Source: Gemmatimonadota bacterium (lineage in GTDB: Bacteria; Latescibacterota; UBA2968; UBA8231). From it: a DNA stretch of 33,801 bases. Positions 26,439 to 33,801 of the stretch are shown one piece after another (the first letter of the stretch is position 1; every line of letters starts with the position of its first letter). The DNA lies in NCBI GenBank assembly GCA_038153405.1, contig JAYOYH010000022.1, positions 32,536-66,336 of the forward strand, in the 5' to 3' direction. Under the pieces are notes generated by a model. That model was not told the origin of the DNA and made no database searches. It worked only from the letters and a program-made list of their open reading frames with translations. A program made the position numbers and the translations under genes.

Positions 26439-28406
26439 ATGTCGCCTACGTTTGACCTCTCTCTCCTGCCCGCTGCGGACCACCAGTTCGTCGTAATCTC
26501 CGATACGCACTACATGATCGATCCTGGCGACGCACCGCTGGAATTTGAGTCGCGCCGCCGACAGAGCGCCCGTGCGCTTGTCGCGCTACAGACGGCGGCG
26601 GCGCTTCCCCGCGACTTTGCCGTTCACCTGGGCGATCTGGTGCAAGAATACCCCGATACAACTCTCTTTGCCCGCGCGCTCGACGAAGCGCTGGACCAGC
26701 TGCGCGCCAGCGGCCTTGCACCGCACCACGTGGCCGGCAACCACGACGTCGGCGACAAGCCCGATGCCTCGATGCCAACGCACCCTACAGACGGCACCAA
26801 TCTCGAGGCCTACCGCCGCCGCTTCGGCCCTTCGCACTACGCCTTTGACTGCGGGCCGCTGCGCGCCATCGTCCTCAATTCGCAGACGCTGAATACGACC
26901 TACAGCGCTCAACAGCGCGTCTTTTTCGAGCGCGAGCTCGTCGAGCACGCCGACAGACGACTCGTCGTTTTTCTCCATCTGCCGCCCTACCTGTGGGATG
27001 CGAGCGAACCCCACCTAGGCCATTACGACAACATCGGCGAGCCAGACCGCACTTGGCTACTCGACCTGCTCGTAGCGCACCGGGTAGAGATGCTCTTTTG
27101 CGGCCACGTGCACTTTGCCTTTTACGATCGCCTGCGCAACACGCGCATAGCGGTTGTGCCCTCGACATCTTTTACTCGTCCCGGCTTTGGCCATCTATTT
27201 GCCAGCGCTCCGGCATCGGAGCAAGGGCGCGACGACCGCGAGAAGCTGGGGTTTTACTTTTGCCGGCTCGTCGACGACCGCATTGACCTCCACCTCGTGC
27301 GGACAGAAGGCCAAGAGAGCCTACGAGCGGACGAGACGCGCTTCTTGACGCGCACGTCGGCCGCGCTCCAAGGCGCGCCGCTGGGATGGACGCTGACCCA
27401 CGCCCTCTGCCCGACGGCGCAGGTGCCGATCGCGTTTCCCTCCGTAGTGCGCCAGCGCGTGCGCAACGACTACCCCTTCCTGTCCATTCTGGAAATGGGT
27501 GCAACCTGCGCGCGCGCGCCGTCGACCGACTTAGGCGACCCGCTGCAAGACCGCCGCCTGCAGATGCTGCGCGCCGAGGGCGTGCGCGTGCACGCCTTTG
27601 TCCCCTACGACGACAGCGTCGATCTGCACGCGCTGCTCGACGACCAACCCAACGCAGCCGATGTATGGGAGGTACAGCTGGCCGGCAGCCCGTGGCCGAG
27701 CGAGCGCTGTTTAGCGCATCTGGCCGACTGCCAGCGCCGCACGCCGCTGGCCCTGTGTCCCGTGCTGCCCGGACAGAACGTCTACGGCAAGCAGCACCCG
27801 CGCACGCGGATCGGCTACCGCGTTGACGAGCTAGCCGAACTGAATACGCAGCTCGCCCAGAGCGACCTGCGCATCGACAGCGTCTGCTGCCGCATCGACG
27901 GCGAGGGGCAGCCCGTCGATGCCGTAGACGCCTATCGGGCCTTGCCGACTTTGTCCCATATCGGACGCGTGGACTGGCTGCTCAGCCTGCCCCATCTCGA
28001 CGACGAGGCCAACGCCGTGCTGGCCTGTCGTGCGCTCTTTGCCGCTGCCTCGCTGCCCAACAGCTACCTCTTTGTCGACCCACCGCAGGATCTCGACCGC
28101 ACCATGGACGCAGGCCATGGCCTGCTCGACACGCGCTGCAATCCGCGCCCGGCCTTTCACGCCCTGCGCTCGCTCAACACGCTGCTGCACGTCTATCGAG
28201 GCGAGGGCTATACGCGCCCAGAGGGCGTCTACAGTATGCGTTCATCGCAGGGCTGTATTGAACTGCTGTCTGCCAACCAGGAACCATCGCACCGCGGTGA
28301 GGATATGCGATGGTACAATCTAGTTAACGGCACGGTGGGAAAGGGGTATGATAGGGGAGATACAAATGCTGAACGGGCCCTTCAAATGTACTGGTCAAGC
28401 CCATAG
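26439..28406 (+). CDS. Calcineurin-like metallophosphoesterase with large uncharacterised C-terminal domain
   Basis: VISDTH, HLGDLV, VAGNHD, FLHLP, FCGHVH in the first ~290 aa; GGAG RBS. Confidence 0.86.
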   Translation: MSPTFDLSLLPAADHQFVVISDTHYMIDPGDAPLEFESRRRQSARALVALQTAAALPRDFAVHLGDLVQEYPDTTLFARALDEALDQLRASGLAPHHVAGNHDVGDKPDASMPTHPTDGTNLEAYRRRFGPSHYAFDCGPLRAIVLNSQTLNTTYSAQQRVFFERELVEHADRRLVVFLHLPPYLWDASEPHLGHYDNIGEPDRTWLLDLLVAHRVEMLFCGHVHFAFYDRLRNTRIAVVPSTSFTRPGFGHLFASAPASEQGRDDREKLGFYFCRLVDDRIDLHLVRTEGQESLRADETRFLTRTSAALQGAPLGWTLTHALCPTAQVPIAFPSVVRQRVRNDYPFLSILEMGATCARAPSTDLGDPLQDRRLQMLRAEGVRVHAFVPYDDSVDLHALLDDQPNAADVWEVQLAGSPWPSERCLAHLADCQRRTPLALCPVLPGQNVYGKQHPRTRIGYRVDELAELNTQLAQSDLRIDSVCCRIDGEGQPVDAVDAYRALPTLSHIGRVDWLLSLPHLDDEANAVLACRALFAAASLPNSYLFVDPPQDLDRTMDAGHGLLDTRCNPRPAFHALRSLNTLLHVYRGEGYTRPEGVYSMRSSQGCIELLSANQEPSHRGEDMRWYNLVNGTVGKGYDRGDTNAERALQMYWSSP

Positions 28407-28520
28407 AGAAATAGTTGAGTAGCATTAATGGGTTGACCACTCATTTTAATTTATTACTCATTAAACGGAAGAGTTGGTTATCTGAACAGCGAACAGCACG
28501 TCAATAGATAGGAGTGTACT

Positions 28521-29003
28521 GTGAGCGAACTAGACCTATCATCACAGCCAGAAGTCCTGGCCTTGTTTGATGGTCCCGTATCGATTGTGGTCGGCTCAAG
28601 TAGCGAGCATAAGCGGCCTCATTTCGCGCGGGCCCAGGGTATTCGATCCGGCGAAAAGGCGAACGACGTCGTTGTGTTTATTCCCGAAGTTACGGCTCAT
28701 TCTATTCTGAGCGATGTACAGGAGAATGACCATATTGCTGTCACCGTTGGTGATATCAGCAACTTCGAAACGCGCCAGTTCGTCGGTGTATGTACGCGCG
28801 TAGAGCAAGCTAGTGATAGCGACCTCGACCTCTGTGATACAATGCTCGCGCGCTCCGGAGAAATCGTTGCCATGTTTTTCGGGGAAGAAGGCGCGGAGGG
28901 CTGGAAGCGCATGGTCACGCGCCCGGCAAAAGCTTTTCACATTCAAGTTCTCAACGTGTACGACCAAACGCCCGGAAATCGCGCAGGAGTAAAGCTCTTA
29001 TGA
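28521..29003 (+). CDS. PNPOx-like (FMN-binding split-barrel) protein A
   Basis: AGGAG + GTG; GPVSIVVGSS..KRPHFARAQG...ENDHIAVT...FETRQFVG...VYDQTPGNRAG (split-barrel YxQTPG tail). Confidence 0.75.
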   Translation: MSELDLSSQPEVLALFDGPVSIVVGSSSEHKRPHFARAQGIRSGEKANDVVVFIPEVTAHSILSDVQENDHIAVTVGDISNFETRQFVGVCTRVEQASDSDLDLCDTMLARSGEIVAMFFGEEGAEGWKRMVTRPAKAFHIQVLNVYDQTPGNRAGVKLL

Positions 29004-29416
29004 TAGCCGAAGACCTCATACCCGCTCTGCAGGGCATTGTTCCAGCGTGGATCGTAACGACTTCTGACGAGAATATTCCCAACTGTACGTGCGTGAGCCA
29101 AGTCTACCCCGTTGACGAAACCCACGTTGCGATCTCGAATCAGTTTTTTTCCAAGACGTTCCGCAATTTGCAGAACAACAAGCACGCCGTCGTCCAAGTG
29201 ATCCACCCAGCAGACAATAGCATGTGGGTCCTAGAGATAGAACACGTGCGCACTGAAACGGAAGGGGCTCTGTTCGACGAGATGGATATGCAGCTGGCTG
29301 CCATTGCATCCATGTCGAATATGGAAGATGTGTTTAAACTGCAAAGTGCCTACGTGTTTAAAGTACATTCGGTCTCTCATTTGACCGAAGCTCAACACCC
29401 TGCTAAATCGATATGA
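29000..29416 (+). CDS. PNPOx-like (FMN-binding split-barrel) protein B
   Basis: ATGA overlap; QGIVPAWIVTTSDENIPNCTCVSQVYPVDETHVAISNQFFSKTFRNLQNN...RTETEGALF. Confidence 0.85.
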   Translation: MIAEDLIPALQGIVPAWIVTTSDENIPNCTCVSQVYPVDETHVAISNQFFSKTFRNLQNNKHAVVQVIHPADNSMWVLEIEHVRTETEGALFDEMDMQLAAIASMSNMEDVFKLQSAYVFKVHSVSHLTEAQHPAKSI

Positions 29417-30663
29417 GCGAAACGGGGTTGTCGCATGAAATAAAACAACAGATGTCGGAGAACCAGCGGCAGATTGATCAATTAAACGATCAGCTCAGTC
29501 GCAAAACCGACGAAATCAAAATCATTCAGACCATCTCCTCCGAGATCCTCAACACGCTCGATCTCGAAGTGTTGTTTGGCAATATCATGTCCCTTATGCA
29601 CGAGGTCTTTGGCTTTGAACACTGCATGATATTACTGAACGAAGACGAACAGCTACGCGTTGCCGCCAGCCACGGCCACGAAGACCAGGGGATCGGTATG
29701 ACCGTCCCCATGGGCAAAGGCGTCATCGGCACGGTGGCACAGCGACGCAAGATTATGCGCATGATGGGGCTGCGCACGCGGCGACGCTACGTGCAGCGAA
29801 CAGCGGGCGCAGACGCCGATGCTCTTCCATCGCTGAAAGACGCCGATAGCCAGATCGCCATTCCTCTGCAGGTCAAAGACAAACTAGTCGGCGTATATAC
29901 AGTGGAAAGCGATAAAGCCAATGCCTTTGATGCACTGGACGAAGAAATACTGACTATTGTATCCAACCAGGTAGCCGCCGCCATCGACAATGCTTCGGCC
30001 TACAACGAGTTGCAGAAGCTCGCCGAAGCAAACAGTCGGTTCGTACCGCGCCAGTTCCTGCGCCTGCTGGGCAAAGAGTCCATTACCGAAACAGAACTGG
30101 ACGACCAAATAGAGAGCGCGATGACGGTGCTCTTTTCCGACATTCGCGATTTTACACCGCTCTCGGAGTCGATGAGCCCGGCCGAGACCTTTGCTTTTGT
30201 AAACGACTACTTGGGAACGATGGCACCCGTTATTCGCGAGCACGGTGGTTTCATTGACAAGTACATCGGCGATGCGATTATGGCGATCTTTCCCAACTCG
30301 CCTGGAGAGGCCGTAGCGGCCGGCTTGAAAATGGAACAGCATTTAGCCCTGTTCAATACGCGCACCGCAGAGCAAGGTCGGCCCCCCATTCGCATTGGCA
30401 TCGGTATTCATACGGGTCCGCTAGTCGCAGGCATTGTGGGCTTTGCCGAACGCTTGGAAGGCACGGTAATTGGTGATTGTGTCAACACGGCCTCGCGGCT
30501 CGAAGGCGTAACTAAAGAGCTTTCCGTCACCCTGTTGGTCAGCGAGACCGTGGTCAACGAACTGGCCGACGAAAGCGAGTACGTCTTCAATTCGCTCGGT
30601 GAGGTTGCGGTTAAAGGCAAAGCCCAGAAGGTGCAAGTTTTCGGCGTTACCGAACGTCTGTAG
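29413..30663 (+). CDS. Coiled coil-GAF-class III adenylate cyclase
   Basis: ATGA overlap; GAF (GKGVIGTVA...SQIAIPL...LVGVYTVES...F...DEEIL); transducer element SRFVP; cyclase motifs FSDIRDFT, DKYIGDAIMA, GIGIHTG, TVIGDCVNTASRLE, VKGK. Confidence 0.93.
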   Translation: MSETGLSHEIKQQMSENQRQIDQLNDQLSRKTDEIKIIQTISSEILNTLDLEVLFGNIMSLMHEVFGFEHCMILLNEDEQLRVAASHGHEDQGIGMTVPMGKGVIGTVAQRRKIMRMMGLRTRRRYVQRTAGADADALPSLKDADSQIAIPLQVKDKLVGVYTVESDKANAFDALDEEILTIVSNQVAAAIDNASAYNELQKLAEANSRFVPRQFLRLLGKESITETELDDQIESAMTVLFSDIRDFTPLSESMSPAETFAFVNDYLGTMAPVIREHGGFIDKYIGDAIMAIFPNSPGEAVAAGLKMEQHLALFNTRTAEQGRPPIRIGIGIHTGPLVAGIVGFAERLEGTVIGDCVNTASRLEGVTKELSVTLLVSETVVNELADESEYVFNSLGEVAVKGKAQKVQVFGVTERL

Positions 30664-30778
30664 ACACAGTCTGCTCGTCGATCTCAAACGGATATGGCCA
30701 CAAAAAAACGGATTCTTTACTCGGTAGTATAAACCCGCGGCATCGCCCACAACCCTAGCGCGCCATCCTAACACATCC

Positions 30779-31207
30779 ATGTCCACCGCGGTCTTTACCT
30801 ACGGCTCGCTGCTCTTTGCAGAAATTATGCAGGCCGTCACGGGAACGCACTTTCCATCGCAAAGCGCCGTATTGAAAGACTACGCGCGCTACCGCGTGCG
30901 CAACGCCAGCTATCCCGGCATTGTGCCCGCGCCCGGCACCTCCGTAGCAGGTCGTCTTTACTTGGGCGTCGACTCCGCGGCCGTGGAGCACCTCGACTTT
31001 TTTGAGGGCGATCTCTACGAGCGCATCTCGGTCGACGTGCACACCGACGAGGGCACCCTATCGGCCCAAACGTATATTATTCCGCCTGGCAAAGCGCACC
31101 ATCTCAGCGAGACGGCATGGGATCCCGACGCGTTTCGGGCACATGACTACGACACCTTTCTCAAGCAGTGTAACCCCCTATTTAGAGGCGGCGCACCCGA
31201 TGCATAG
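30779..31207 (+). CDS. Gamma-glutamylcyclotransferase (AIG2-like) family protein
   Basis: VFTYGSL, YPGIV, LDFFEGDLYER, AQTYI. Confidence 0.9.
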   Translation: MSTAVFTYGSLLFAEIMQAVTGTHFPSQSAVLKDYARYRVRNASYPGIVPAPGTSVAGRLYLGVDSAAVEHLDFFEGDLYERISVDVHTDEGTLSAQTYIIPPGKAHHLSETAWDPDAFRAHDYDTFLKQCNPLFRGGAPDA

Positions 31208-31237
31208 CGCCGCGCTTTTCACGGAGAAGAACGCTCG

Positions 31238-32035
31238 ATGAACGAACGCCAGAAATACCTATTCGATTTACAGGGGTACTTAGTAGTGGAAGACGTGCTG
31301 AGCGACGCCGACTGCGATCAGGCCATTGCCAAGATCAAAGAGCGCGTGCGGCCCATGGAAAAGACGCCGGACGGCTACGACGCCAACGGCACCTGGTACA
31401 ACGCGGCTGGTCTCTACGAAGCCGGCGAGCCCTTTCTCACGCTGATCGACCACCCCGCCATCACCGATGTGCTGACGGAAATCATCGGCTCACACCTGCG
31501 CTGCGAGAGCTGCTACAGCTTTGTGCGCCACAAGGGCTGCCCGCCCTTTGAAATGCACGGCGGCCACCGCGGCGGGCGCGTCAACTTTCGCTACGATGTG
31601 CACAACGGCCAGATCTACACCGGGCTAACGGTGGTCTCCATCGCGCTACAGGACATCAGCGAAGCGGACGGCGGCTTTGCCTGCGTGCCCGGCAGCCACA
31701 AATCGGATTTCTCCGTGCCGGCGGAAGAGCGCAGGGAGCTCTTCGCCTTTGGCGGACCGCTGGTGCGCAATATCGCCGCCCCGCGCGGTTCGGCCATCAT
31801 CTTTACCGAGACGCTGGCGCACGGCGCCGCCTCGTGGCAGAACGACGAGCCGCGCTATGGGCTGTTCTACAAATTCAACGACCGCGCCGCTATCTACCAC
31901 GCCCAGGAACCGCGGCGACCCAGCGCCGAAGCCTTTGCGCAGATGACGGACAACCAAAAGTGCTACTTTAATCTAGCCTACCAGGCCTTTGGCCCAGCGG
32001 ACAATCCGCGCAACGAGGTGCCACAGTTCGGCTGA
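31238..32035 (+). CDS. Phytanoyl-CoA dioxygenase (PhyH) family Fe/2OG enzyme
   Basis: KYLFDLQGYLVVEDVL, MHGG, DGGFACVPGSHK, IIFTETLAHG, W....PR..LFYKF. Confidence 0.88.
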   Translation: MNERQKYLFDLQGYLVVEDVLSDADCDQAIAKIKERVRPMEKTPDGYDANGTWYNAAGLYEAGEPFLTLIDHPAITDVLTEIIGSHLRCESCYSFVRHKGCPPFEMHGGHRGGRVNFRYDVHNGQIYTGLTVVSIALQDISEADGGFACVPGSHKSDFSVPAEERRELFAFGGPLVRNIAAPRGSAIIFTETLAHGAASWQNDEPRYGLFYKFNDRAAIYHAQEPRRPSAEAFAQMTDNQKCYFNLAYQAFGPADNPRNEVPQFG

Positions 32036-32047
32036 GCGTCTGAGTCC

Positions 32048-33529
32048 TTAGCCCCAAACGCCGGCGTCGGGATAGTAGCCGATGCCGGCGGCCGTCAGCC
32101 GCGCTCCGTGCGCGCGCAGACGTTCCTTGAAATCGCTCCAATCGCGCGCATCCTGCGACGACCACGCCACTTCGGCCAGCGCCACGACGCGCGGAAAGAG
32201 CATATAGGCGACGTCCTCCGGCTGCGGCGTGCCCTCCGTCCACATCGTGCCTTCGACGCCGAGGATATGGTGCGCCCGGTCGGCGTCCAGTTCGGCGGGG
32301 ATCGGCTCGTAGGAATAGACGTTTTCCAGCGTGTTGACGCTTAGGCGCCCGCGCTCGTCTTCGCGGTCGTAGTGGCGGCGATCAAAGTAGACGTGCGTCT
32401 CCGGCGCCATCACGACATCGTGACCGGCTGCTGCCGCGACAAGGCCTCCCTGTTCACCGCGCCACGACATGACGGCCGCCTCTTTGGCTAACCCCCCTTC
32501 CAAGATCTCGTCCCAGCCGATGGGCTTTTTGCCGCGTGCAGCCAGCCAAGCGGCAAAGTGGCGCACAAAGTAGCTCTGCAACTCTTCTTCGCTCTGCAGC
32601 CCCTGGTCGCGCATGCGCTGCTGGCAGCGCGGACACGCCTTCCAGCGCGTCTTGGGACATTCGTCGCCGCCGATGTGCACGTAGTCGTCGGGAAAGAGTG
32701 CCAGCACTTCTTCAAAGACGTCTTCTAAAAAGCGAAACGTAGCATCGTTACCGGCGCAGAAAACCTCGTCGAATACGCCCCACTCTGTCACCACCTCGAA
32801 CGGACCGTCCGTGCAGGCGTATTCGGGGTAGGCGGCCAGCGCCGCCTGCGCATGGCCGGGCAATTCTATTTCGGGCACGACGCGGATGTGGCGTTGTCGC
32901 GCATATTCGACGACCTCGCGCACGTCTTTAGGCGTGTAAAAGCCGCCGTGCCGCGATCCGTCCTCTGCCGTGCGCCAGGCGCTCACTTCCTGCAGCTTGG
33001 GATATTTATCTATGGCCAAGCGCCAGCCCTGGTCTTCGGTCAGATGCCAGTGAAAGACGTTGTATTTGTGTAGCGCCATCCAGTCGAGGTAGCGCTTTAC
33101 AAAGTCAACGGGGAAAAAATGGCGGCACACGTCTAGGTGCAGACCGCGCCAGGCAAAGCGCGGTGCGTCTTCTATCTGTGCGCAGGGCAGCTGCGCCGCA
33201 CCGACACAGTCGACGGGCAGCAGCTGGCAGATCGTCTGCGCACCGTAGAAGAATCCGGCGGCCGAGCTGGCCGCCAGCCGCACGCCGTCTTCGGCAATAG
33301 ACAGTCGGTAGCCCTCTTCGGGCAGCGCGGCGTTTTCTTCTAAAACGAGCGCTGCGCCCGCTTCGTCGGTCGCCTCTAGTACAATGCCCGCTTCGGCCAA
33401 CACGCGCCGCACCGCGGGCAGGGCCTCACCTGCTATTCCACGCGCGGCGATGGGCTGGCCGCTGTGCAGCGCATAGGTGCCGTCGCGCTCTTCAACGCTG
33501 ACCGGCCTTGGTATAATCGATACGCTCAT
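32048..33529 (-). CDS. GH20 beta-N-acetylhexosaminidase (no signal peptide)
   Basis: DAPRFAWRGLHLDVCRHF, HWHLTEDQGWR, PEIELPGH, HIGGDE, GWDE, WTE, FPR. Confidence 0.95.
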   Translation of the reverse strand: MSVSIIPRPVSVEERDGTYALHSGQPIAARGIAGEALPAVRRVLAEAGIVLEATDEAGAALVLEENAALPEEGYRLSIAEDGVRLAASSAAGFFYGAQTICQLLPVDCVGAAQLPCAQIEDAPRFAWRGLHLDVCRHFFPVDFVKRYLDWMALHKYNVFHWHLTEDQGWRLAIDKYPKLQEVSAWRTAEDGSRHGGFYTPKDVREVVEYARQRHIRVVPEIELPGHAQAALAAYPEYACTDGPFEVVTEWGVFDEVFCAGNDATFRFLEDVFEEVLALFPDDYVHIGGDECPKTRWKACPRCQQRMRDQGLQSEEELQSYFVRHFAAWLAARGKKPIGWDEILEGGLAKEAAVMSWRGEQGGLVAAAAGHDVVMAPETHVYFDRRHYDREDERGRLSVNTLENVYSYEPIPAELDADRAHHILGVEGTMWTEGTPQPEDVAYMLFPRVVALAEVAWSSQDARDWSDFKERLRAHGARLTAAGIGYYPDAGVWG

Positions 33530-33568
33530 GTGTGTCCCCCGTGTGTTGTGTTGTGCGCGGCGATCTCC

Positions 33569-33801
33569 TTAGGCGACGCGATAGCGCTCGATAACGCCCA
33601 TATCCACATCGATCCCCAGACCCGGACCCGTCGGCACGGTGAAGTGCCCCTCGGACAGATCCAATCCGCCGGCCAACACATCGGCCTCGCGCGTGAAGGG
33701 CAGTTCGTCGCACGGCAAAGTGGCGTTGGGCAGCGTTGCCTGTAGATGCACCGAGTAGGCGGCCAAGATGCCCGTGCACAATCCGCCCATTTGCACCCAG
33801 C
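33569..33801 (-). CDS. C-terminus of mandelate racemase/muconate lactonizing (enolase superfamily) enzyme; partial
   Basis: SVHLQATLPN...GHFTVPTGPGLGIDVD...IERY; frame open to the right edge. Confidence 0.8.
   Translation of the reverse strand, partial: WVQMGGLCTGILAAYSVHLQATLPNATLPCDELPFTREADVLAGGLDLSEGHFTVPTGPGLGIDVDMGVIERYRVA

Overview
A GC-rich bacterial chromosomal window. The FlgD/T9SS-type C-terminal tail, PhyH dioxygenase and sugar enzymes suggest an FCB-group organism such as Latescibacterota, which is inference only. From left to right it holds: (1) the 5' 6.4 kb of a giant secreted repeat adhesin on the minus strand (>2100 aa, cadherin/Ig-like and DUF11 repeats), missed by the ORF track because it runs off the left edge; (2) a single-ORF AbrB/MazE-PIN (antitoxin-toxin) fusion with a clear leaderless sigma70 promoter and palindromic operator; (3) an AT-rich regulatory region with a small ORF, followed by two tandem REC-AraC response regulators, one carrying an Arg-rich RRxx[DE]RR insertion; (4) housekeeping and metabolic genes (yceH, P-loop-degenerate shikimate-kinase homolog, PHP, Smr, Gfo/Idh/MocA, two paralogous sorbosone-dehydrogenase-type propellers, lone HsdR-N); (5) a minus-strand sugar-nucleotide cluster (nucleotidyltransferase, GalK-like kinase with E->K in the sugar-binding motif, degenerate GGDEF, AGE epimerase, UDP-GlcA decarboxylase); (6) a metallophosphoesterase followed by an AT-richer, translationally coupled three-gene module of two PNPOx-like split-barrel proteins and a GAF-adenylate cyclase, the best candidate for an uncharacterised signalling system; (7) GGCT, PhyH, GH20 and a partial enolase-superfamily gene. 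No rRNA, tRNA, CRISPR array, transposase or integrase was seen. All family calls come from motif recognition by eye, not database searches.
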